The notes under the pieces are model-generated. The model worked only from the letters and a program-made list of their open reading frames with translations. It was not told where the DNA came from and searched no databases. A DNA stretch of 64,000 nucleotides from Longimicrobiales bacterium (GTDB lineage Bacteria > Gemmatimonadota > Gemmatimonadetes > Longimicrobiales > Gaopeijiaceae). Location of the stretch: positions 2,187,288 to 2,251,287 of the forward strand of contig OZ241371.1 of the NCBI GenBank assembly GCA_965200255.1, given 5' to 3'. Below, in pieces: positions 56,804-64,000 of this stretch. A program made the translations under genes and the position numbers. Each line of letters begins with the position of its first letter. Within the stretch, counting starts at the first letter, position 1.

Positions 56804-58687
56804 CTACTTGTCGGTCCGTTTCAACAGCCCCAGGTCGCGTACGCTTTCCACCAGCCGGATGAATTCGCCCCGATAGCCTCGCGTATCGGCGCCTCGGGAC
56901 TTGTCGGCCAACGCAACGACGTCGTCGAGCGTAAGGTCGCCAGCGTGCTCCGACGCGCGCAGGAGCATCCCAAACCCGGCCACCGCGGTCGCAAAGCGGA
57001 AATCCGTGGACGGAGACCGCACGCGATTGGACACGGGGTGTGCCAGAAGCTTGCTGCGGGTCGCGTCGGGGTCCTTGTAGCGAACCTTGACGAACAGCAG
57101 CTCGTCGCCGAAGTCGCTGAGCGGGGGATCGTCGGGCCGCGGCTGGTATCGTAGGTCGTCGACCTCCCTGCCCGGCACGTCCACGCCCGCCGGCACGACC
57201 TCGTAGAGCGCCGTAACCGTGTGTCCGGCACCGAGTTCGCCGGCATCTTTGGTGTCGTCGTTGAAATCTTCGTCGGCCAGCAGCCGGTTTTCGTAGCCAA
57301 TCAGGCGATATCCCGCGGCTTGGGCCGGGTTGAACTCGACTTGCAGCTTCACGTCCTTGGCCAGGGTGAGCAGTGTGCCGCCCATTTCTTCGACCAGCAC
57401 CTTGCGGGCCTCGAGCAAGCCGTCAACGTAATGGAAGTTGCCGTTTCCGTGATCGGCGATCTGTTCCATTTTCGAGTCCTTCAGGTTCCCCGTGCCGAAC
57501 CCGAGGACGGTGAGGAAAGTGCCGCTCTCGCGCTCCCGCTCGATCAGGCGCACCATCTCCGCATCGCTTGACGCCCCCACGTTGAAGTCGCCGTCCGTGG
57601 CGAGGATCACGCGGTTGTTGCCGCCTTCCAGGTGGTGCTTGCGCGCCACTTCGTAGGCGAGCTTGATTCCGGCGCCGCCCGCCGTGCTGCCTCCGGCCCG
57701 CATCTCTTCGAGCGCGGCGAGGATTTCGGCCTTCTGGTCGCCCGGCGTGGACGGAAGGATCAGTCCCGCGGCCCCCGCGTATACGACGATGGCCACCCGG
57801 TCGTGCGGGCGCAGCTGGTCCACAAGCAACGAGAACGCGCTCTTGAGGAGCGGCAACTTGTCGGGACTGTTCATTGAGCCGGACACGTCGAGCAGAAATA
57901 CCAGGTTGCTGGCCGGAAGATCTTCGGTGTTTATGGACTCGGCGTGCAGGGCGATCCTGACTAGGCGGTGTTCAGGCCTCCAGGGCGCGTCCCATACCTC
58001 CGCGGCGACGGCGAAGGGATGCTCGCCCGACACCGAACCCCACTCGTACGGGAAATAGTTGATCATCTCCTCGATGCGCACGGCGTCGACGGGAGGCCGT
58101 TCCCCCAATTGGATGAATCGGCGGACGTTCGCGTAGGAGGCCCGGTCCACGTCGATCGAGAACGTGGAGAGTGGCGATGCGTCCACGGTGCGGAAGTCGT
58201 TCTCGTCGATGCGTGCGTACGACTCGGTGTTCATGTCTCCGCGGTAGGCCGCCAAATCGCGGTGTGCGAACGAAAACGCGATTTCAGGCTCGGCCCTCCG
58301 CATGGCGGCTTCGACCGGGCCCGATATGATCAATTCGTCCAGCGACTGGATTTGCGCAGTCAACGCTGCATTCAGGACCGCGGTTTGGCCCGCCAGGACG
58401 TTCACTTGATGGCTCTGAGTGGCGTAGCCGACCAGCTGGATCGTGATTGTGCGGGGACCCGCCGGCACGGCTCGCAGCAGGTAGCGACCGGCGGCGTTCG
58501 TGACGGCGCCCAACGCGATTCCTTCGACGAGCACCTCGGCGCCGGGCAGCGGCTGGCCAGTGATTGCGTCGGTGACCTCTCCTGCGACCGTCCCCGTCTG
58601 CGCTTGCAATGGGGTGGCGGTCGTCGGCGCCGTGGTGAGCAGGGTCGCGATGATGGTAAACTGTAAGGCTGTTCTCGCCGATGGCAT
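56804..58687 (-). CDS. secreted VWA domain protein (YfbK-like) with N-terminal CarboxypepD_reg-like domain
   Basis: From MPSARTAL: GTVAGEVTDAITGQPLPGAEV; STFSIDVDRASYANVRRFI; MIDAS motif LVFLLDVSGSM; and a DUF3520-like C-terminus. Confidence 0.75.
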   Translation of the reverse strand: MPSARTALQFTIIATLLTTAPTTATPLQAQTGTVAGEVTDAITGQPLPGAEVLVEGIALGAVTNAAGRYLLRAVPAGPRTITIQLVGYATQSHQVNVLAGQTAVLNAALTAQIQSLDELIISGPVEAAMRRAEPEIAFSFAHRDLAAYRGDMNTESYARIDENDFRTVDASPLSTFSIDVDRASYANVRRFIQLGERPPVDAVRIEEMINYFPYEWGSVSGEHPFAVAAEVWDAPWRPEHRLVRIALHAESINTEDLPASNLVFLLDVSGSMNSPDKLPLLKSAFSLLVDQLRPHDRVAIVVYAGAAGLILPSTPGDQKAEILAALEEMRAGGSTAGGAGIKLAYEVARKHHLEGGNNRVILATDGDFNVGASSDAEMVRLIERERESGTFLTVLGFGTGNLKDSKMEQIADHGNGNFHYVDGLLEARKVLVEEMGGTLLTLAKDVKLQVEFNPAQAAGYRLIGYENRLLADEDFNDDTKDAGELGAGHTVTALYEVVPAGVDVPGREVDDLRYQPRPDDPPLSDFGDELLFVKVRYKDPDATRSKLLAHPVSNRVRSPSTDFRFATAVAGFGMLLRASEHAGDLTLDDVVALADKSRGADTRGYRGEFIRLVESVRDLGLLKRTDK

Positions 58688-58733
58688 TGCAGTCAGTCCT
58701 GTTCGCGGGTCCGGTAGCCTCGTGGGGTGGTGG

Positions 58734-60074
58734 TTATTGGTACCCCGCAGCGCGGAAATCGTTGCCGGGGCGTGTGGGATGGCTCCGTGCCAGTCCGCGT
58801 CGCCCTGGTTCAAAAAACCCATAGTGCTCCAGCATGAAGGCTCGAATGGCGCGTGCGGCCTTGGTCGCGTAGTCTGCGCGGTGCTGGGGGGTGTCGCGGA
58901 TGCCGGCGTAGTGATGCTCGATCTGGATTGCGCTGACGACCTCGGCGTCGCCGACGGATCCGTGCACCCGGGTGTTGTATCCGCCGCGGAAGTAGGGTGC
59001 GTCGCCAGGCCCGGGCGCATCGGGGCTGGGAACGGAGGGGATGCCCTCTTCGGCCAGAATCCCTCCGAGCGACGTGGGGCCTCGCAGCAGCTGCGAAAAG
59101 GGGATTGGCGAGGTGCGGCCTAGGTCGCGAATGCTCGTGCGCGCGACGACTTCCAATGAATTGAGTGCGATGTCGGGGCGGTTCAGTTCGTCGGAGCCGA
59201 GCAAGTATCCGAGCTCCAGCCGTTGGATGTCGTGCCCGTGGCCATGGATGTCAAAGTAGATTCCCTCGTCAAACTCCCCCGCGACGGTCGCGCGGGCGAC
59301 GCCGATCCACTCGTGGAACTCGTGCCAGGCTTGCTCGGCGTAGGGGTTTTCCTGGGCGGCCTCCACGATCTCTCGATTCGGATCGAGCTTGCTGCGGTGC
59401 AAGTGGGCAAGGATGACGTGGGGCGCGTAGCCGGTAAGGTCGATCAGCGCCTGCCGCATGGCGATCGTGAGTTCGAGCGAATTCGTGTCGTTCCGCACGA
59501 CCCCGTAGGTGCGGTTGGGAATCTCGGTTGGATGGAGTGCACCGCCGTGGGCGCTGGACAGGATGACCGGGAGCTCGCCCGGGATGTACTCGACGTAGTT
59601 CTTGCGGCCGAGGTAGCGCTCCCCGGGCGTGTACGTCGCGATCCGCGGCGGCAGGTACACTTCGAGGCTTGCCGTGCCGCGTGCGCTGCCGACGGTCGCG
59701 GTGACCGTGGCGAGGCCGGTGGAGATCGCTGTGACGAAGCCGTCTTCGGTGATCGAAGCGATGGTCGGGTCGTCGATGGACCAGCGAGGCGATGCGGACA
59801 CGATCGTGCCGTCGGGATCGCGTGCGACGGCCAGGTACCTGCCTCCGTCGCCCTCGCCTACCAGGAGCATGGCGTCGGGCGTGACGGCGATGGTGGCGAC
59901 GTTCGGAGCGGTCGGGGAGTCGGCGGCGCAGGCGAGGCCCAGGAGGGTGACGAGGAGGAAGAGGGCGGAGGTGGGGCGGGTGTTCAAGGGGTGGTTTTCT
60001 CGCGGAGATTGGACAGGAGCGCTTCGATCTGCTCGCGTTGCTCGGTCATGGTTGCCTCCTTGCCTCGTACGCAT
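58734..60074 (-). CDS. lipoprotein: Big_2 domain fused to an N-formylglutamate-amidohydrolase-like (FGase family) domain
   Basis: LLVTLLGLACA lipobox. Ig-like IAVTPDAMLLV...ATVTATVGSARG. Then VILSSAHGG...RNDTNSLEL...KLDPNRE...YFDIHGHGH. The family call is tentative and the start is uncertain. Confidence 0.5.
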   Translation of the reverse strand: MRTRQGGNHDRATRADRSAPVQSPRENHPLNTRPTSALFLLVTLLGLACAADSPTAPNVATIAVTPDAMLLVGEGDGGRYLAVARDPDGTIVSASPRWSIDDPTIASITEDGFVTAISTGLATVTATVGSARGTASLEVYLPPRIATYTPGERYLGRKNYVEYIPGELPVILSSAHGGALHPTEIPNRTYGVVRNDTNSLELTIAMRQALIDLTGYAPHVILAHLHRSKLDPNREIVEAAQENPYAEQAWHEFHEWIGVARATVAGEFDEGIYFDIHGHGHDIQRLELGYLLGSDELNRPDIALNSLEVVARTSIRDLGRTSPIPFSQLLRGPTSLGGILAEEGIPSVPSPDAPGPGDAPYFRGGYNTRVHGSVGDAEVVSAIQIEHHYAGIRDTPQHRADYATKAARAIRAFMLEHYGFFEPGRRGLARSHPTRPGNDFRAAGYQ

Positions 60075-60095
60075 CGGGCGGTCATCGTCCGTATC

Positions 60096-60135
60096 GGGGA
60101 ACGGTGGGGCTGGTGGGGGTGGGGCGCAAGGGGGG
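60096..60135 (+). other. G-quadruplex-type G-run cluster in an intergenic region
   Basis: Five G runs of 4-6 nt (60096, 60106, 60115, 60121, 60130) with 1-6 nt loops on the + strand, upstream of the minus-strand FGase-like gene. Confidence 0.4.
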
Positions 60136-60183
60136 AATCGAGCACATCTGGCCCAACAAGTACGGACCTTTTGCCGATAGCAG

Positions 60184-62163
60184 CTAACCGCCCCCAACCC
60201 CAAACGCCACCAACGTCCCCCCATCCGCCCCACCCGTGGCGATCACGACCAGCTGCCGCCCATCTCGCGTCTGGAAGGTCATCGGGTTGGCGTAGCCCGC
60301 CGCCGGCAATCGCCCCTCCCACAGCACGTCGCCCGTCTCCGCGTGGAAGGCGTACAGGACGTCGGACCCGCCCGTGAGAAAAACCAACCCGCCCGCCGTC
60401 ACAAACGGACCGGGCGGCGCAACAACGCCCAATCGGGACGGAAGCGCCACGCCTCGCAACGCAGGATTGCTCCGTATTTCCAGCCGTTCTCCCACCGCCT
60501 CCTGCCAGACGATCTCGCCCGCATTCATGTCAATCGCGGTAAGCGTACCCCAAGGCGGGTTCGAAATGGGGATGCCCGAGACGAGCAACGTGCGCGGCGC
60601 GTCGCGGTCGATCGCGTAGTCCGCAACCGTCGTCTCGGGATCGGCGGGCGCGATCTTGAGCAGGCTGGGCTGCTCGGAGGACTTGACGAAGAGCAGGCCG
60701 GAGTGTGGATCGAACGCCGCGCCGCCCCAGTTGCCGCCGCCCAGGATGCCGGGCATGGCGATGGTGCCCTCCATCGATGGCGGCTCGAAGAGGGGGCCGA
60801 AGCGGTAGCCCGCCGTGAGCGCCTCTGCTTGTCGCCGCAGCTCGGGCGTGAGGTCGATCAGGTCGTCGCGCGTGAAGCCTTGCCGTGCGAACGGGGGCGG
60901 TCGGGTGGGAAAGGGTTGGGTGCTGGCGGCGACCTCGCCGGGCACGTCGCTGGCCGAAACGGCGCGGTTCTCGATGGGCCACACGGGCTCGCCGGACTCG
61001 CGATCGAAGGTGTAGACGAAGCCGGTCTTGCCTGCGACCGCCACGGCGTCCAACGATGTGCCATCGCGATCCACGGTGAGCAACACGGGTGCGCCAGGGA
61101 GATCAAAATCCCAGAGACCGTGCCGCACGGTCTGGTAATGCCACGCGAGCTCGCCGGTGCGGGCGTCCAGCGCGACCAACGCCTCCGCGTAGAGATTGTC
61201 GCCCTTTCTGTGGCCGCCGTAATAGTCGTTTGACGGCGTGCCGATCCCGGCGAAGAGCAAGCCGCGCTCCTCGTCCACCACCATGGGAGCCCATGCGTTG
61301 GTGTGGCCGGTGTAGTCCCAGCTTCGGTCTTCCCACGTCTCGTTGCCAGGCTCGCCAGGCTGCGGAATCAGGTTGAACGACCAGACCAAGGCGCCCGTGT
61401 GCACGTCGAACGCCTGAATGTTGCCGGGCGGGTCGCGTGGATACACGAACCCGTCCCATACACCGTTGCCAATAATGAGCAGGTCCTCGAAAACGACCGG
61501 CGGCGAGGTCTGCGTGTAATGGAGCCGGTTGGTGCGCCACAGCAGGTTCTCGGTAAGGTCGATCTCGCCCCGGTGACCAAACGACGCAATCGGTTCGCCC
61601 GTGGCGCCGTCAAGAGCGATCAAGCGCCACCGTGTATTGAGAAAAACGCGCCGCTCGGCGGGACCGCTCCATACGGCCACGCCCCGATGCACGAACCCGG
61701 TCCCGTTCGGAGGCTGCCCCCACTCAGTGGTGCGCGGATCGAAGTCCCAGATCGTCTCGCCGGTGCTGCCGTCGAGCGCGATGACGCGGTTGTACGGCGT
61801 CGTGAAGTAGAGCGTGTCGTTGTACGCCACCGGCGTGGCCTCGAAGTTGCCCGGCCTGACCTGCTGGTTCCGCACGGGCGACAACGGTCCCGGAATCGGC
61901 AGCTCGTCCGTCTCCCAGCGCCACGCCACTTCGAGCTCGCCCACGTTCGCAACATCGATCTGGTCGAGCGGCGAATGCTTGCTGCCGCCGGCGTCGCGTC
62001 CGTAAGCCGGCCAGTCGGCGTCGGCGTCGCCGTGCGCGGTGGGCGCAACGGGCGTGCAAGCACCGGCCCCGACCGCAACGGCCGCGAGCAGCCCGCGAAC
62101 CACGACGCGCGCGTACCGAGCGGAGCGACCGGCCGGACCGGCAGTACCCTTGGGCTTCGTCAT
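60184..62163 (-). CDS. PQQ-dependent dehydrogenase (glucose/quinate/shikimate family beta-propeller)
   Basis: From MTKPKGT: ADWPAYGRDAGGSKHSPLDQI, the VAWRWE motif, and repeated W-containing propeller blades. Confidence 0.8.
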   Translation of the reverse strand: MTKPKGTAGPAGRSARYARVVVRGLLAAVAVGAGACTPVAPTAHGDADADWPAYGRDAGGSKHSPLDQIDVANVGELEVAWRWETDELPIPGPLSPVRNQQVRPGNFEATPVAYNDTLYFTTPYNRVIALDGSTGETIWDFDPRTTEWGQPPNGTGFVHRGVAVWSGPAERRVFLNTRWRLIALDGATGEPIASFGHRGEIDLTENLLWRTNRLHYTQTSPPVVFEDLLIIGNGVWDGFVYPRDPPGNIQAFDVHTGALVWSFNLIPQPGEPGNETWEDRSWDYTGHTNAWAPMVVDEERGLLFAGIGTPSNDYYGGHRKGDNLYAEALVALDARTGELAWHYQTVRHGLWDFDLPGAPVLLTVDRDGTSLDAVAVAGKTGFVYTFDRESGEPVWPIENRAVSASDVPGEVAASTQPFPTRPPPFARQGFTRDDLIDLTPELRRQAEALTAGYRFGPLFEPPSMEGTIAMPGILGGGNWGGAAFDPHSGLLFVKSSEQPSLLKIAPADPETTVADYAIDRDAPRTLLVSGIPISNPPWGTLTAIDMNAGEIVWQEAVGERLEIRSNPALRGVALPSRLGVVAPPGPFVTAGGLVFLTGGSDVLYAFHAETGDVLWEGRLPAAGYANPMTFQTRDGRQLVVIATGGADGGTLVAFGVGGG

Positions 62164-62170
62164 GCTCCCC

Positions 62171-64000
62171 CTACCGTTCCGCCCGCAAGGCATCGATGTC
62201 CTCGCGAATCCGCGACAGCGTGGTGCGCGTGTGGCCTGCCACCAACGCTTCGTCCATCGCTTCGGCAATACGGTTGCGCTCGCGCACCAGCACCGGCAGT
62301 GCGAACCCGCGCCGATCGCTTCCCTCCGGTGCGTCAACCAGAATCCGCCCGGGCGCCAACCCCGGAAGTGGGCCGAGCGTGATGCCCGGATCGGGGTGGT
62401 AGTTGTTCAAGGGCACGTACATTACCCGGTGCAGCGGACGCAGAAACGCCACTTGGCCGACGGCGCCCATCTGACTGGCCGCGGCGCGTTCGTCGAGCGT
62501 CGCCGCAACCTCCCGCAGCTGCTCCAACCGTTGCCCCAGGTGCCTGTCGAGCTGCAATGCCCCGCCCGCCTCTTCGTCTCGCACCGCGATCGCCTCGCCC
62601 AGCGCGTCAACCTGCGCAACCAGACTCAACGGGAATGGCGCGCCGGAAAGCAGGTGCGCCAGCGCGTGCGCGTAGAGGTCCGTGTCGGTCTTCAGCACGC
62701 CCGCGTCGATCTTGTCGAACGTGTCCTCGGTCGTGTGCCACCACCAGTAACCGCCGTCTTCGGCCAGCCTGACGTGATTGAACTGCAGGAGGGGTAGTCC
62801 GACGCCGTTGAAGGATTGATCTGAGTTGCGACCCGGTCGCGACGGCGAGATTGCCGCGTTCTGCGTCTGCGTCACTACCCGGCGGGCGAAGGGATGAAAC
62901 GCTTCCGGCGCGGCGGCGCCGAACACCTTGGCTCCGATCTGGCCCACCCCGTCGATGTTCATGTACGCCAAACCACGGTCGCGCAAATCGTTGTAGAACG
63001 CATCGGCATACCACTGCGAGCCGGCGTAGCGGGCGTTGCTGTGACCGGGCCACCATGCCACCACCAGACCGTGGCGGATCCGGTCGCGCCGCTCGTGGAA
63101 CGCCAGGGCCAGGGCGAGCATGACGGCGTTGGATGCGGCCTCGTCGGTGGCCCCGTAATGCCATCCGTCGATGTGCCCGCCCAGCACGACGTACGGGGCC
63201 CCCACGGTTTCGGCGGGCTCGATTGTGGCCACCAGGAGCCGCATCGGCTTCCAACCCGTGGCAACCTCGGTCTCGACGCGCAGCCGGACCGGTCCGGCCG
63301 CCATCCGAGCTCGCAAATCCTCGCCCGCGCTGCGCATAATCTGGGCCACCGGAATGCGCGGCAGACGGTGGTGGTTCATGAGCGAGGGGCTGCCCCACGT
63401 AGACGTTACGATGAGCTCGTTGAGGCGTTCTTCGGGGTTGACGAAGACGACCGCTGCCGCACCCAGGCGCTCCAGCACCATGGTGGGCACGTTGCGCGGC
63501 TGCCCGTCGACGATGGCGATCCTGCCGGTCAGGTCGGGCAGATCGGCGCCGAACTCCTCGCCATCGACGACGAGGCGCTCGCCGGTGCCGACTTCGAGCC
63601 TGGGCAAGTCGGCGAGCGTTCCCATGTCGACGACTTCGCCGACGGTACCCGGCGACGACGCCGAATAGGCCATGGTGATGGCCGCCGGGGCGAAGTCGGA
63701 GCCGGGTATCGACACGGTGGCCGAAACGGGGTCGCTGGCGTAAGCGGACAGTTCGTGCACCGCAAACGGGACGCCGTGCGCCTCCAGCGTGGCGCGTATC
63801 GTGTCGATCGCGGCGTTCTCGCCGGGACTGCCCGATGGTCGCACGTACTGCGTGATTGCGCTCGCATGGACCATGAGGTCGTCGGGGGTGATCGAGCCTT
63901 TGACCAACCGCGCGAGGTCGGCGACCTCAGACGGGGTAGGCGCAGGGATGTCTACCGTGCAGCCAGCGTGGATCAGGGCGGTCAAGGTCGCCGCCAGGAC
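62171..64000 (-). CDS. M28 family metallopeptidase with PA and TfR-like dimerisation domains (N-terminus off window)
   Basis: GGHIDGWHYGATDEAASNAVMLALA, WWPGHSNARYAGSQWY. The reading frame stays open to nt 64000 (VLAATLTALIHAGC), so the true start lies beyond the window. Confidence 0.8.
   Translation of the reverse strand, partial: VLAATLTALIHAGCTVDIPAPTPSEVADLARLVKGSITPDDLMVHASAITQYVRPSGSPGENAAIDTIRATLEAHGVPFAVHELSAYASDPVSATVSIPGSDFAPAAITMAYSASSPGTVGEVVDMGTLADLPRLEVGTGERLVVDGEEFGADLPDLTGRIAIVDGQPRNVPTMVLERLGAAAVVFVNPEERLNELIVTSTWGSPSLMNHHRLPRIPVAQIMRSAGEDLRARMAAGPVRLRVETEVATGWKPMRLLVATIEPAETVGAPYVVLGGHIDGWHYGATDEAASNAVMLALALAFHERRDRIRHGLVVAWWPGHSNARYAGSQWYADAFYNDLRDRGLAYMNIDGVGQIGAKVFGAAAPEAFHPFARRVVTQTQNAAISPSRPGRNSDQSFNGVGLPLLQFNHVRLAEDGGYWWWHTTEDTFDKIDAGVLKTDTDLYAHALAHLLSGAPFPLSLVAQVDALGEAIAVRDEEAGGALQLDRHLGQRLEQLREVAATLDERAAASQMGAVGQVAFLRPLHRVMYVPLNNYHPDPGITLGPLPGLAPGRILVDAPEGSDRRGFALPVLVRERNRIAEAMDEALVAGHTRTTLSRIREDIDALRAER

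Noticed and set aside
1-64000. tRNA, rRNA, integrase, transposase/IS or prophage genes that could delimit a mobile island.
   Set aside because: No T-loop or anticodon-arm-like sequences stood out in the intergenic regions. No tyrosine or serine recombinase motifs and no IS inverted repeats were found. Rpn is transposase-like in name only. This was a scan by eye, so small RNAs could have been missed.

Overview
High-GC bacterial chromosomal segment of about 51 protein-coding genes, tightly packed, with frequent ATGA/GTGA/TGATG start-stop overlaps. I saw no rRNA, tRNA, CRISPR array, integrase or IS element. Gene content (Bat/MoxR aerotolerance operon, VKOR-DsbA pair, TonB-dependent receptor, many secreted hydrolases) would fit a Gemmatimonadota- or FCB-like lineage, but that is an unverified guess.

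Layout:
- 1-5.4 kb: acyl-CoA catabolic cluster (ACAD, enoyl-CoA hydratase, RidA, SDR, creatininase-family protein, aryl-CoA ligase).
- 5.4-12.2 kb: the only clearly accessory islet. It holds a giant (~1,690 codon) Eco57I/PglX-like N6-adenine DNA methyltransferase that reads through only across two opposite frameshifts. Its stop codon abuts a 5'-truncated rpn (PD-(D/E)XK Rpn/YhgA-like) paralogue, which still keeps an intact C-terminal-domain ORF. An intact rpn gene follows.
- 12.4-45 kb: housekeeping and miscellaneous genes (FMN reductase, metG, M23 peptidase, MocA/XdhC Moco accessory genes, VKOR-DsbA, HAD, threonine dehydratase, gyrA, S15 peptidase, GT2, uvrA, aminotransferase, ABC exporter, frameshifted SPFH plus HExxH lipoprotein, leuS, tkt, TonB receptor, orphan vsr).
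- 45.1-53.5 kb: complete moxR-DUF58-DUF4381-batABCDE operon on the minus strand, preceded by a perfect 4 x 18 bp tandem repeat.
- 53.6-64 kb: a run of secreted or lipoprotein enzymes (YVTN propeller, Big_2-LVIVD, VWA/YfbK-like, Big_2-FGase-like, PQQ dehydrogenase, M28 peptidase).

Caveats:
- Most long ORFs antisense to these genes in the track are GC-driven shadows.
- Three frameshifts in 64 kb, one of them in a conserved SPFH gene, mean assembly indels must be excluded before calling any pseudogene.
- All family assignments come from motif recognition by eye. No searches were run.
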